This document shows positions 1-13,292 of a stretch of 54,887 bases of DNA, piece after piece. The notes under the pieces were generated by a model, which had not been told where the DNA came from, did no database searches, and was given only the letters and a program-made list of their open reading frames with translations. This stretch comes from Catajapyx aquilonaris (lineage: Eukaryota), in contig KZ538141.1 in NCBI GenBank assembly GCA_000934665.2, forward strand, positions 62,001 to 116,887, read 5' to 3'. The first letter of the stretch is position 1; each line of letters starts with the position of its first letter. The position numbers and the translations under genes were made by a program.

Positions 1-1601
1 TTGCCCAACAATGGACGAGTGCACGCCCCGACGATTTTTTTTTCTCCCAAAAAACTGCTTTTTCCGCTCCATTCACGCCTGCCAATTGAGGTAATTGTTG
101 GCGCCGGTTTCCCGCTCCAATAGTGGGATTGCCGTAATTGTGATGTTTATGTCCTCGGGCCTTCTTGCAAAATTCAAGTGTTTTAGCTCGATATCGCACC
201 GAGAATAGGTATGTTTGCAGTGCGTTCACCTCCACGAGGTGTACTGCTCTTATAATAGAATGAGAGTGCTGTGTACTTTTGGTTCGATGGCCACGTACAG
301 AGAAACACATGACTGGGTCATTCTGAACCAGTAATAAGTTGACCTCTGAACCGTTCCAGAGATTGTGCCTTTCAAAAAAAAAAAAACTGGATGAAAAAGT
401 CTGATGCAAATGTCCCCAGTCGAAAATAAGGGGGGACCGTTTTGCAAGTGCTTGTCCGGACAACTAGATTCGGTTATGATAATGACCTCATTAGCATCGT
501 TTCGTCCTTTTCTTGCTCGGAGTTGGCCATGGAAGCAACTTGGGAGGGTAAATGAAGCGGAAACAGAAGAGAGAGACGAGCCATAACACAGCTTATGACT
601 CTGTCTCCCCATTCCGCACGATTAGTTCTGATTCTTCTGTTGCTTCGTAATGATTCAGACTTTTTGTGGAGGTGTCCACCTCTTGTTTTTCCATGGCGTG
701 TAACTGAGTAGGCGTCCCTATGAGAGGTCACGGCGCGAACAGCGGGGCACAGGAGACTGATAAAAAAGTGTCCTAGATGAGAAGTAAGGCAGGGTCCGAG
801 ATGACAGTTGTGTCCCCGCCCGGCCCAGCTGAACACACCATTGGCCATGCATTACGAAAGGAGCCTCGTTCCCTAGAGCATTAAGCCTCTGCCATCATCT
901 GCCCCTCCATTATCTTTGATTGAACCCACACACACACAACAGCACTCGGGGATGGAAACCGTGTCCGAACATGAGAATACTTTTCGGCTGGATATATTCA
1001 AACCAGTGACTTACATGCGGGCTGACAAATTTTGTCAGGCGGTACAGCTGCAGAAGGGCCATTTGTCCCCTGGCGCCTGCAGCAGTCACTGGAACGGACA
1101 TCTGAAATATGGAAGCAGCCTCCTGTGGGGGGACAAAAAAACAACAACCAAACACACATCATTCGATCCCCCTTTTTTTTTGTCTGGAGGCTGTGGAGTA
1201 GCAGTAGAAAACTTTTGTGGTCTGTATCTGCTAAGTGCAACTGGTTTATGTTTTATAGAAGAGACGTCCATCGTCCTCCGGGTGCTTCGAGCAGGAGACC
1301 CTTCTCACGTCGCATTTTGTCGGTGCGGACATCTATTATTTAAACTCGGGTTTTACCTGGGGAAGGTTCATAGTGGCGAAAATCACCAGGAGAGTACCAA
1401 ATTAAACCAAGTTTTTTTTTTACAACAACACGCTAGATACAGATATAAAACAGAAGGAAAAACACTGATCGCGACTACCCGTATATCTCTGTACATTTCA
1501 CACGCGTACCGACTTTGTGCAGTGGTCCAACTCGCCTCGTATCTGTCACATAAATGTGGCCACAACAACTATAAGCACAATATCCATAGGAGTCCGTGTG
1601 A

Positions 1602-4600
1602 TCACAGCTCTTCTGCAATAGCAGCTTCTCTCAACACATCATCTGCGTCGTTGGGGCTACACCTGAAAGTATATGACACGGTCGGCTGTTGAACTGTGGA
1701 CAATTCCTCGACAATTAATGAGACACTTTACCTGGGGAACATTCTGTCGCAAGGAAGTCCGTCCCATCCGAGTAAAGAGCGGATCAGCATGTTCATGGTT
1801 AATTCAGTCGGGATCTGCTGCATGATGAGGCGTAAACCGATACTAGAATGGTCCAACAGTACATTGTTATGTAGGGTGGGGGGGGGGGNGGGGGCTTGTT
1901 TTAAAATATGATCGGTTCCCCCAAAATAATGGTTAGGGGGGGGCTGTCATAAATTACCCTAAGCGATCAAATCACTGCCACGCTTTTGGGAGAGATGCAC
2001 ACCGTATATACAGTACGGTGTGTAGTTACAGTTACAATTTGTGGTTATGCGGTGAGGCTGGTACTAACAGGTGCTGTTCACTAGTTTATCACACTGCAGC
2101 AAAATACTGCCACCAAAAACATGCCTCCTTTTGAAAGAAAAATATTGCGGTATTTTGCCAATCTCACAAAAATAACACCACAATTATTTACATTTGGATT
2201 TCTTGTGACCCGCGTTCAGCTTCGAGTGTTATCCCAAGATTTTGTGTCATACTGTATTTTTCTGTGAACAAGTGATGACACTATTACGTGGTACTGTTGC
2301 GTAACTTATTCTGCAGATGAGTCAAATTACATCAAAAGCAGGTCGCATTTCACGGCAAGTTGAATTTCTGCATTGCGCAACTTTTTTTAGTGGCGAATTA
2401 AATTGCCGTGCGGAAAAAGGCCGGACATCGCATTTTTTCGGTAACTTTTTCTCAAAAAAAAATTATTATTAATGTGTGGCGACTTTCAAAAAATTGATTC
2501 TGCGGTAATTTCCCCTGCAATTTTCATGCTACACTCACTGGCGTGTCGAAATGGACTTTAAGCCCCCATGGTGACGTGTACAGAACCGCAAAAAAAAAGA
2601 TAGGCTTCTAAAGCCGTCATATAATCCTACAAGCCATTTCTTGCGATTAAATTATTCAAGCAGCAGTTCACGCCCTGCTGACCAATTACTTATTGAACAT
2701 CTGAGATCGATCACTTCACTTTATTACCTCCATACAACGTCCTAAACTACACAATAGATTCGTTATAAAACCCCCTGGAAGAACGACTTTTGTCATGTTT
2801 GCCGGCCATAGAAAGGCAGTCAAGCTGTATAGGTTTGTGCCAAATTTTTTTTGTTGCGAATCTGCTACACAGCAAGGGGAAGGGCAAAAATTGTTCGCTT
2901 TCCGCATTGCTTCTGGTTGGCTGCATATCGGTGTATGGTAGGAAGGAAGATGGAGATTTATGTTCCCCGGAAACTCACAGCGACTATGGTTCATGAGACT
3001 CAGCCTGCTTCACTTTGTCCAGATACCAATAATAAATGTGATTGATTTTCCCCGCCTGCCTGCCTGCCCGCTTTTTGGTCCAAATCGCACAAAATTTTCG
3101 CTACAAAAAAATATACTACTGGCTTTTGCAGTTGCCAATGTATACAGCCGGATGCTGACCAAAAATTAATTTGATATATTAGAGTCGGATGCAATTGGTA
3201 TTGGCGTGACGAAACTGGTACCGCCAATTGCATCCCTTTTGTGGTTTTGCGGTGTGAATAGTGCAGTACGTAATGCGATTTGAGGAGATCAAAAGTGGGC
3301 ACTTGCCTGCCCATTTTGGCCAGTCACGCCATTTTTTTAAAAATATTCGCATTATCGCGGATATTGTGTTTGCCATATCTACATTGCCACATACGCGCAT
3401 CCAAAAGGACCCGCTCAAGCCATGGATCACGATAAGCTGAGCTTGTTGCGAATACTGTCAATCTTTGTTGAGTGCAAATATTGAAAAAAAGTTGCGCAAT
3501 TTAAATTATTGCACTTTTCACTGTTATGAAACTATCCTGGTATGACATTCCATGAAGATGATTGCTTTGACACGTGCATTGCCGAACTAATGTCACGGGC
3601 AGTCGACTGGCTAATTAGGCAAAGTGAATTTCGCACAAAAAAATGGCACGTGGCTTCCACCGCGAATCCTTTTAGCGTTTTAATGCAATACAGGATCGGA
3701 TGTGTAAAAGGGAGCGTGACATGACATAGTTTAAGTTTTGGGGTTGGCCCATCCTGAAGCCGTTTAGCACTGAGGGTATGTTCCTGTAGAGCTCCCAAAG
3801 GGCCTGTTTCATCCCCGCCCAAATGAGGGGGCCTCATAGTTCGCAAAGTTACCCAGTGCTTTTTCGCAACTCCGCCACTCAAGCCGTAAACATGTTCCAT
3901 CCAACCCGTTTTTGCCCTTTACTAACCCGCTTCCATTGTCTGCCGATATTAAGCCCCCTGCTGTTTTCAGACTGGGTAGTACGATGCATATTGCGAAAAT
4001 ATTTGCGAAAATATGCAGTTAAATGGCGGAGCATTTCTTAGTAGTCTCACGCGGATAGAAGAACTTAATTTAGCAAGGTACAATGCTGGACAATTAGCTG
4101 ATTTTAGAAATGTCCGATGGCGGCAAAAGAGCGAATCGAAGCCATTTATTCGCTCTATTACCGCCAGGGCTCGTGGCGCCGCCAGTACGACACCGTTGGA
4201 CATTTCTGACACAGTTAATATTTTGTCTTACAAATTCGCATGGGCCTTATTTTGGCGACCTGTCCACACTGTTGTGGTTATTGGAAGTGACCCACCTGTT
4301 GACCCTGGCTGCGACCCCGTAGAGCCCCTCCTTGGCCGCAGTGTTGTCCAGGTCCTTGCAGTAGAGAGCCCAGATGCACTCCAGGACAAACTCGTCCTTC
4401 ATGTACGCGTTGATTAGGTTGAGGAACGCGCGGAACATGTTGTTGACGTATCCGGTCGAGTTGACCTGGTTGTCCTGCTGACCATCGTCGTAGCTGCCGC
4501 TGTACCGACCTTCAGCAGCCTCACCGTGGTCGGACGCGTTGTGACCTTTGAAGTGGTCCGGAGGGTAGAAGAGGGCGTCCAGGGCCTCAACCACAGGGTC

Positions 4601-5473
4601 AGAGTTCATCTTGCGGCCTTCCGAGTACTGCTGGTGGCCTCCGTGATGCTTCTTGCCCAGTATGGTGTGCATCTGGTTCATCAGGAATATACCGAAGGAG
4701 AGGAAGACGAACGCGGTCAGCGACGTCTCGTACGCGCTCTTTCCGGACATGAGCACGTTGGAAGGGTCAGGGTTGACCTCCGGCCTGGTGTAGATCCGGT
4801 TCAGTTTGGCCAGCAGACCCGCCTTGTCGTGGTCATTCACTGTCTCGTTCAGGATCCGTACGAAGCTGCTGAAGTCCGTGATGTTCTCGCTGGAATTGTA
4901 TATCCTTCCGGCCAGTTCGTACAGCTCCTTGAACTCGTAGGAGATGGCCTCCAGGTCCTCCAGTTTGCTGTTGGGGATCCAGTTGGTGGGGGCGGTCATC
5001 GGTCCGGGATGCCAACTCGGCTGGGGATGCTGCTGGTGCTCCTCGCTGCTGGTGCTGCTGCTTCCAGACAGCTCCTGGCTGTGGTACGGCTCCGGCATGT
5101 CTGGAAACCGGAGTCGCTGGAGATGGGCGCCGAACATGTCCGGATGATGCGGATGTTGCGGATGATGATGCGGAGGCTGCGGAGCGGACGGGAAATGAAG
5201 AGAGAAGCGGTCGGTGTCGGCAAACACACCGATGCCGTCCACGTCCTCGTCCGAATCGGGCGTCGGAGGCGTCGTCGGTGGCGTCGTCGTCGTTGGAGTT
5301 GTTGTTGTTGTTGGCTCATCCCGATGGTGGTGGTGGTGCTCCTGGTGCCTGCTGCTGGTTGATCCTCCAAGTCCAACAGCGTCACTACCGAACCATGCGA
5401 TGACCACAGTGACCACGCACGCGATGACCACAAAAGCAGCCAGCAGCAGGTACAGCTTCTTGTTGGAGCCCAT
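1602..5473 (-). CDS. Uncharacterised membrane-anchored protein (~449 aa) with low-complexity His/Thr/Pro region and DM4/DM12-like Cys-patterned C-terminus; exons 4296-5473, 1732-1842, 1602-1662
   Basis: ATG at 5473 (MGSNKKLYLLLAAFVVIACVVTVVIAWFG, signal-anchor-like). Donor AG|GTGGGT at 4296, acceptor CTAG before 1842, donor AG|GTAAAG at 1732, acceptor TTTCAG before 1662. Phases (2,2) give ...ECIWALYC...VNSIGLRLIMQQ...GLPCDRMFPRCSPND...EEL* with TGA at 1602-1604. The DM4/12 assignment is recalled from the Cys spacing only. Confidence 0.8.
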
Positions 5474-8400
5474 CCTGCACCACACAAAGGATGGACCACA
5501 CTGCTCCGAGCCCCGCCGAAGAATGAACAAGTCCTCTAGTTCTTGGGCAGCAGCTGCAGGCCCCTCACGCGACTTGACACTCTCGTGGGCAATGGAGGCG
5601 CCTAGCGGAATCTCCGGTCCACGGGCCACTTGGCAGCTACAGCTACCGGCAATGGTGGTCACTGGTGCTGCACCAACCACCAGATATGTAACATCCACAA
5701 ACCGCAGAAGAGTCACACTCCATCAATCATGCTGCCAGGTCCATCCGGAACGCACTGCAGGCTTTGCCTTCGCTTCCTGCTGACGGACCAGCCGGAATTA
5801 GTGGACATCCATCATTGCTCCTGGTGGTCAAGAATTCTGTGCTGATATGATCCGGATGCTAACTGATCTCTCGGAGAGGAGCTGCAGCAGCCAAGAGGAT
5901 CCAGACGCAGTTAAAGAAGAGCACCGTTCTTCACCTGACACGATGATGTCAGTTGTACGTATGTGGGTCAGTGTCAGAGTCAGACACAGTTTACAAACTC
6001 CAGCATGCAAATGAGTGAGAACTGCTCCTTTGATAATACAGCAGAGGGAATACGCTCTGGTCCGAGACCTACGACCTGTTGACTGCACCGGTACCCAACC
6101 TGCTCCAGATACCTACTGCTGCACGGACTGCTGAAGCCCTGCTCTACAAGGTGCTTCTGAAAGGTTACACTGACCTGAAGGCATGAAAATAATGCACAAT
6201 GATCATAGTGGCCTGATTGGAGGACTCTAAAGGCATTTCTGCAAAATTATGTGTGAACCCACACGTTCTGGGGGGGAAAAATCGCATATCCGCACCTGTT
6301 TGTGCGAATTCGTGGCAAATTTGGCTGCATATTTGAGACCACCCTGTGGCTGCCATACGCTAATCAGCATATTGATTACGCGTGGATTAAACCGCATTTA
6401 GAACCCCTCGTTTTTAATTAGGCACCGTTTGTGGATACGGTGATGGTGCAAAAAGGATATGAGTTTTTGAACCAGATAGTGTGTGATGTAAGTAATGTGC
6501 GAATAATGAGGTTTCTGTCGGCGGGTGTTCAGATTAGCACTCTTCCTCATTCTCTGTTACTTCTTCCTCCATCTCTGATGGCCTTCTTGATACCACGAGA
6601 TACTACCATTTTTCTCCTCTTTTTTTTGTGAGTGCAAATTGTAGTAACAGGGGCAACGGTTTTTTTTTTTTTTTGCGTTTTGTGTTTTTGTCGTGGTGTA
6701 TCGCAGGAAGAATGTACAGCAAGACAGTACTACATGCCACGCTTGATAAGGAGACCGAGACTAACCCCGTCCTTTTTTTTTCCTCCCCTAGAAATATGGA
6801 TTGTGTAATTTACGTACAGTACATCAGAAGCTGTCATTCACATGTGTAGGTCCGCAGGCGTGTCAATATGTGTCGCCTTTTGTCACAACGGTGACATATG
6901 GGCGCTGCTATGATAAATTACTGGAGCTTTTGAGTGTCGCACTAATATTTATTTATTTATTTTCATTTTTTTATTAATACCGAACGCTGTAATATAGACG
7001 ATTATGAGGAATGTACGAAGTATACTAACAGAAGGAATTTTAATGGTAGCTTGGCAAATTTTATGACTCTTTTTGCACATCAGTTACATTGAAACCAGAC
7101 AACTCCTACACGCTCGTTGAAAAGCGCTGATGGCGTTTCGCAATGGGAAACAAAGAGCGCATGTTTTATGTAGTCCTTTTGCATCCATAATAATGTAAGT
7201 TAGAGGAACTAGCGGTAGACGAGAGATGTAGGTTAGTTTCGCGTTGTTCATCGCATGCAGTCAGGGCAGGGCCATATTTGCACAACGTTTTAGGAGTTTT
7301 TTTCACACGGTTTTTCACTGTCGACTCGCTAACTGATTCAATTCCCACCCAACCACCTTTTTGCAGCTTAGTTCTCTCCGGCAGCACATGTTTAAGTGAT
7401 GTTACCATTGCCCGAAATTCTCGTGCCCGTGACCATGAGCAGATCCGTTTGTTCCGTATAGGAAACTCATGGCGTAATAATTTTCTGGTCTACACATCCA
7501 GATCACAGGATACTAGGACCCATAATTTTTCGCAACGGTCTGGTGCAAACAAGGTGTCGTTAAAAGGTGGAAATCGCAACTTTTGGCGTTGTTGTTGCCC
7601 AATTGCAAGGGCACCACTTGAAGCCTCTAATTTGAATATATACGAGTCTGGTCAATATTATCGGCAGCTGGGATCCACATATCAATATTATGGATGCAAA
7701 ATGCAGTTCATTTTACGGTGAACGCGATAATGAAGCTGATACCGCGCATATATTTAGATAGCGCGCGTCCTCATCTTTTTTGCACGACGACGATACGAAA
7801 GGAGCATAAATTTCTTTGGATTAAAATTGCATTTGGAGTATGACTCTATGAATAAATTAGAGTATAGCTTTCGCCTCCTCCACAGTTCCGGAGAAGTTTG
7901 TCCTGGATTTTGGTTCAGAGTCCGGTTCCGTCCACTCCGGGGAACCCCACCCCGGTTAATTATTCGCATCCGGTCCTACAGGCCAACTTTTGCGAGCCTA
8001 ATCGTCCCCCAGATTAAAGTGTCCTCCAGGGATTCCCTGGCAATGTTCTAACCGATTGCGAGGGCCTATCTGTCCCACTGACACCAGCATTGTTACGTGA
8101 TGAGGCTCCATGATCGTCGCTTATTATTAAAACTATAGAGGGCTCTCCAACATGCGGTGTGTGGACCGAGTGCGATATTATTTAAATTACGTGCATAAAT
8201 TTATGAACTTGGAACAGGAGGTACTGCGCTGGACACTGCAAAATATTTATGAATATTCTGTCCCCGAGAGCAGGCGTTGACATCCAAACACAGCAGCACC
8301 TTATAATTGTCGCAAAACTAATTAAAAATGCATTAGAGGACAATGTGGTGGCGAGATACAAGATGAACTGTGCAAGTACTGGCAAGATGTTCTCTTGAAA

Positions 8401-9333
8401 GGCACGTCTTTTTGCAAAATTTTATCACACCTCCAGACTCGTTACAAGATGTCAGGTGGGGAGGGTATGCCTTATTAACCGCTCTTATTAAATGTTTTAG
8501 GGAGGTTGACGTCAGACTTTTGGAGGCGTAAAGTCAAAGTACTCTTTCATAGCGGCTGAGCCTGCCTGTTAAAAGAGTTCGTGATGAACATCTTGCTCGA
8601 GTATCATGGCGCAACAGGCCAGAGAGCCACTCTGAAATTTTGACTTTAATTATAATTGCAATTTATTGATTGGTGGCAACCGCAGCTCAATTCACGTGCA
8701 CTCAACAGTAGGCAAGCCTATAGTTTGGCCATCATTGACTGCATACAAATCATACCACTTGATCATTTTTACTGTTATTGCGCAACCCATTATTGGCACC
8801 CAGCTGGAGCCATACCACAAAATACTATTTATTAAATTCAGTTCCATAATCAACAGAACTGCATTGTGATGACATGATTGTGATCGGAGGATAGAGTTGT
8901 AAACACATCCAACAATATGAACTACCACATAAGGACCTTTACGCAACAATTGTAAATGACTTCATAGCATATTACTACCAGTAATTAGGATCAGTTTATT
9001 TTTACTTTGCCAGTTACAGCAAGTAAATGTGCTCCACTTTACACATCTGTAATTATCTATGTACAAGAATGCCTCATTAACACAGCAGACAACAGACTTA
9101 TTGTTAGTTGATGTGCGCCTTACCACCGTAAGTGCAAGGGAAGCGGCTTAAAATGAGGCATTCCTGCATTACATCCACATCAAATGTGAAAATTTCATGC
9201 ATCAGCTGATTCAGCTCAGAGAAATAACATGGTCATTAAAAACCTTGATAATTTTATTCCAGTCTCATGAAATCACATGTGCAAAAAACAAATCTATCAT
9301 CATATGTACAGATGAGGTCAACTATGATACAAG

Positions 9334-11214
9334 TCAGTCCCATGCGGTCTTCTTGGGCCTGATGGTCTTGCTTCCATCTTCTTCTACAGCCACGTAATAG
9401 GAGATGTTGTCAAAGCGGGTTCGCATGTAGGCCAGGTATGCAGTGCAGAGGCTGATGGCTATCACTCCTGCCGCCATGATCACTTTGTTCTGAAATATTG
9501 GGAGCAGTTGTCAGAGATCTTTCCACCAAAAATTATGGCACAATAGATTGGAAGGCCAATGCATCAGACCCAGGTCCCCTTCTATCTCCGAGAATTGAGA
9601 TCAACCCTACAGAAGAATTGAGCTACTCGTAGCAAAGTACACTTATTGGGAAAAGTGTAAGTGAATGTCAGTATGAGTCTAATGAGATTTTAGTAACTTG
9701 TTTACTGCTTGTCCATTTTCATATCCTTTCAGGGGAACTACAGGGCAGAACGGAAGATTTATTATCTATGAGACCCAGCAGCATCAGGTGAGGGTGAATA
9801 TTGCAGAACATAACAACCACGGTCATTCATGAGTGGTAATATGCAACTTCCATTATCACTATGCAACAGTAGCAGTGTTCAAGAGGGACCTCTACTATTG
9901 TAGGTGGAAAGCCCTCACACCTTTGTGAAAACGGGCTTGCGATATTGACCAGAGAGCTTTTGTTTAGCATGATTGGCAAGCATTGATTTCAGTACTTAAA
10001 AATATATGACTCACTAATGCATGGAAACAATGTTTATGAACCACTCAACAAGCTGTGTCAAACGAAGCTAATAATTTTGTTACCTACAGGGGCACATGCG
10101 AAATTCTGTATCACATTGTTTACTAAGAGCCATTTGGGGTACTGTACTGGAAGCCCTCGTTACATGCTAGGTTGGTTCACTTAAAACTATTACATATTTT
10201 AAAAATAGCGCATGCTGAAAATGTGCATGGTCTTTAATAAATGAGCAACTTGAAGTACTGTACACAGCTGATTCTATGGGAAAAGAAAATTTAAATATAT
10301 GCGGTTGTATATTTACATTTAAAAGAGTTTATATAAATTCATTAATAGAAACTTGGGCGGATGCACAGCGTAACAGTATGGACCCACATGTCAAACAAGA
10401 GAAGTATTATCCTCTATGACTGGCTAAATATTGGTGTGACAAATGATGTAAAAGGTGTTCCTAGTGCAAAGGACTGAATGAGTATTGTCATGGAGGTAAC
10501 CCAAGGATAACTGCTTCCCGCTTCCCAAAATAAGCAAAATGTTTTGTTCCATGAAGTTGCAAGCATGATTACGGAAACAATTTGGGACACAGACATCTAC
10601 TGTACAGTGGTGGACATTAATTGAGGCATTCGAGGCACTGGTGGCTAGCGACATTTTCCAAAGCGGCAGAAGAAGGAAATGAAGATAAGGATACTGCAAG
10701 ATTCATCCTTCTGCCGCTTCGGAAAATGTCGCTAGCAGTATGCCTCGATATAATTATGTCCACTCATGTGAGCTCATGCCCAAGTCTGCCTCTTATCATT
10801 ACGCTTGCAACTGTACACATTATTCCAGTATTCAAGCTCACTCACTGCCAATTTCAGACATGCTGTACAATTTCCAGTTGTGAACAGTTTGAAATAGTTT
10901 ACCTGGCTGCACCTCTCAGGGTAACTCACCCTACTTTGTACTGTTTGTGACATTTAAAGCAAAGTGTACCCCTCCACCCTGTCCAACGTAAGCCCTGTGA
11001 ATGCCCACATCTCTCTCTCTCTCTATTAATTTGCTTGCTTTACAGCCCTTCCACCGACTGCGGCATTTACCGGCTTGGCGTACAGCTCGAAGTTGACTGC
11101 CCTGAAGACGCTGGTGGTCTTGATGGAACGCAGCCCATCTCCCGGCTCATGCGGCTTCCCCGATGATGCTGCTTCAGGCGGCTTCCCCTTGCCGTCCCCT
11201 TGCGTCCCGCTCAT
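9334..11214 (-). CDS. SMIM8: Small integral membrane protein 8 (99 aa); exons 11071-11214 and 9334-9489
   Basis: Spliced product MSGTQG...GLRSIKTTSVFRAVNFELYAKP|NKVIMAAGVIAISLCTAYLAYMR...YVAVEEDGSKTIRPKKTAWD* matches the SMIM8 pattern (FRAVNxEL..KPNK, TM helix, C-terminal WD). Phase-0 GT-AG intron 9490-11070. Confidence 0.93.
10644..10736. repeat. Near-perfect inverted repeat (29-bp stem, 35-nt spacer) in the SMIM8 intron
   Basis: GCTAGCGACATTTTCCAAAGCGGCAGAAG (10644-10672) versus CTTCTGCCGCTTCGGAAAATGTCGCTAGC (10708-10736), one mismatch. Confidence 0.85.
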
Positions 11215-11457
11215 GTCCGCAGTGTCAACCTGTGGGTACTGGACATATGTGTAAGTACACACCTGTGGTTCTTTTAAACCTCACCTCCTCACCTTTCCCT
11301 CTTCCGCGTACCCTACCTGAAGTCAGATCTTCCTGCGCAGTTTTTGTGCTGCAACCAAGATTCTGCCTGGCCATACATGTGACAAGTGCAGGGCCGATTC
11401 CAACGCAGCCGCTTTGTCCACACACGGAGAGAGACAAGTGAGCATCGGAATGAGAGG

Positions 11458-11467
11458 CAAGATGGCG
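11458..11467. promoter_or_regulatory. YY1/Pho-type motif (CAAGATGGCG) near the probable SMIM8 transcription start
   Basis: Match to the AAGATGGCG core about 245 bp upstream of the SMIM8 ATG. A plausible 5'UTR intron lies at 11230-11316 (CAG|GTAGGG ... CCACAG). Confidence 0.4.
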
Positions 11468-13220
11468 TCCGGTTGAAATCGTATTCCATTTTAGTTCTGT
11501 TGTGATTGTGTTCCTCTGTTGTTGTTGTGTATCCCGCGTGTGGTATTGTGTATGTGGCGGTGCGTGGTCAGGGGCTGGGGGGAACGGGGGGGAAGACGGA
11601 GAAGGTGGCCTGCAGCTGATGCAGCCGACGAGAGACCGCCTCCCAGGCCAGGACTCCATCACTCATTACTAGAACAACTCATGGAGACCACCAGAGCGAG
11701 GAAGTGAAAGGGGAAGAAGAAGGGATACTGGGGGGGAAACAACAACAACCAAGAAGTGAGTTGCTTTCCAACAGTTTGGAACACACCTTATGGGAGGGAA
11801 AGGGGAATGGAAAAAGGGAATGTCCAGAGAACAAAAGAAGTTGTTCCAAAAGTTTGGATGGAATGCAAGGGAAGGCCAGCTCCAGCTGTACAGATTAAGG
11901 TCAAACTTGTTTGTTGTGATAGTTCATACAGTATCAGGGACTTTATAGGTATGTTCAAGTACACAACTGGCATGTTGATAAACATTCCGTTCTAAAATAA
12001 GTTGATTGATGAAAACAAACCATTCACTAGTTATTCAGGATGCAATCCTGAAATAAATCCCCAGAAATGAGATAATAATGTTTTACAAGCAACTCAATGG
12101 ATTCATACGTGCCGATTCACCTCTTTAATCAGATAGACAGGTAGATTGTTAACACCGATGTCAGTACCAAACAATTTCATACGTACCACATGTTACTGTT
12201 TTTATCAAAGGGTAAATCACTCGGCAGTTGAGCATACAACGGACTTGGCCGGACTTGGATCCTTATACCATACAACGGACTTGATGAGTGATTTACCCCT
12301 TGGTTTTTATGTACTGTGTGTAGGCTACTTGTTCGTTCGCCCTAGATACCTTACCCATGAGGGTACATTGTTTACTTTTAACATTGCTATTGTAATGGGC
12401 CAGTTGCAACATTAGTTTACTGCTAATGTTTGGGATTATATTGATACGTAAATAACACATGCCACGCCATATTGCATGATACGATATGCCAATAATATCT
12501 GCCCATGTGGCTCAGTGTGACCGCCACTTGGATCCAGAGCAACCGCTAATTTCTGTGCCCTAAACGGGATATGCCAGGTCTGTTGGTCAATTTTGGGGAA
12601 TCATAATTGGACTGTGTTATGCAATAATGCGTCAACCCACATGAAAACCGTTTTGAGAAAAAAGGGCTTTGAAGGTCATACCTGTGAAATTAATTAAGTG
12701 TCATCTTCGGTCATTTATGGCATAAGTATTGCACCAGCGTGATCCTTTAGGTATATGTTCCTGGGAGTAGCTCAGTTTTGACTCTTTTTTGTGGGTTGAC
12801 CCATTATTGCATAACACCGTCCAATTAGAGATCCTTCCTGATCACATTCCGCAACTGCTTTCTTCACGGGATGTATTATCCTCAATGCGAAAGATACTGA
12901 ACGACTGGCCAAATATTGATGAAACATACAATAGGAACGAAAGGAGTCATTGTTAACGCTGCGCCAAAAATGTGTATTGTTTTCTGAACTTGTATTGTGC
13001 AACCTTGTAAACATTGCTTGTACTTGCAAACTGGCATGGTGTACTTTGTTAAATAAAAAACACTCTGCAATATGAAAACACTGGATTTATTTTTTGCTAT
13101 CAGGCCAGAAACGAGACACCTTCCCGATGTAAAATTTGCGAGTGCGCAGCCAGTTTGCAAAAAAATAAAAAGCAAGTGTAGTTGTGTTTCCCTCCTCCAG
13201 TAGAGTGCATAATAAAAGAG

Positions 13221-13292
13221 AGGTCCCACCGAGATTCGAACTCGGATCGCTGGATTCAAAGTCCAGAGTGCTAACCATTACACCATGGGACC
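13221..13292 (-). tRNA. tRNA-Gln (anticodon TTG)
   Basis: Reverse complement GGTCCCATGGTGTAATGGTTAGCACTCTGGACTTTGAATCCAGCGATCCGAGTTCGAATCTCGGTGGGACCT is 72 nt, with paired acceptor stem, A and B boxes and TTG anticodon. A TTTT Pol III terminator follows at 13214-13217. Confidence 0.97.

Noticed and set aside
916..1692. 258-aa plus-strand ORF
   Set aside because: Non-ATG start, no domain-like composition, and it overlaps minus-strand exons and low-complexity tracts.
1873..1895. G/C homopolymers containing N (1889, 27099, 51908)
   Set aside because: Assembly uncertainty in homopolymer runs; not interpretable as features.
5474..5716. 81-codon N-terminal extension in the ORF track for gene 1
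   Set aside because: It starts at GTG. The first ATG (5473) directly precedes the signal-anchor, and there is no evidence for non-AUG initiation.
4526..5783. Long plus-strand ORFs (278 aa, 189 aa) overlapping gene 1
   Set aside because: Antisense shadows of a GC-rich, codon-biased exon, with no recognisable motifs.
6155..6195. Minus-strand CTTCAG|GTCAGT resembling a recursive splice site
   Set aside because: Recursive sites occur in very long introns and none is evident here; it is more simply a 5'UTR acceptor for gene 1.
12233..12293. Short direct repeats (CATACAACGGACTTG x2), also 35361-35393 and 54731-54750
   Set aside because: Only two units each, with no spacer array or cas genes; local slippage duplications, not CRISPR.
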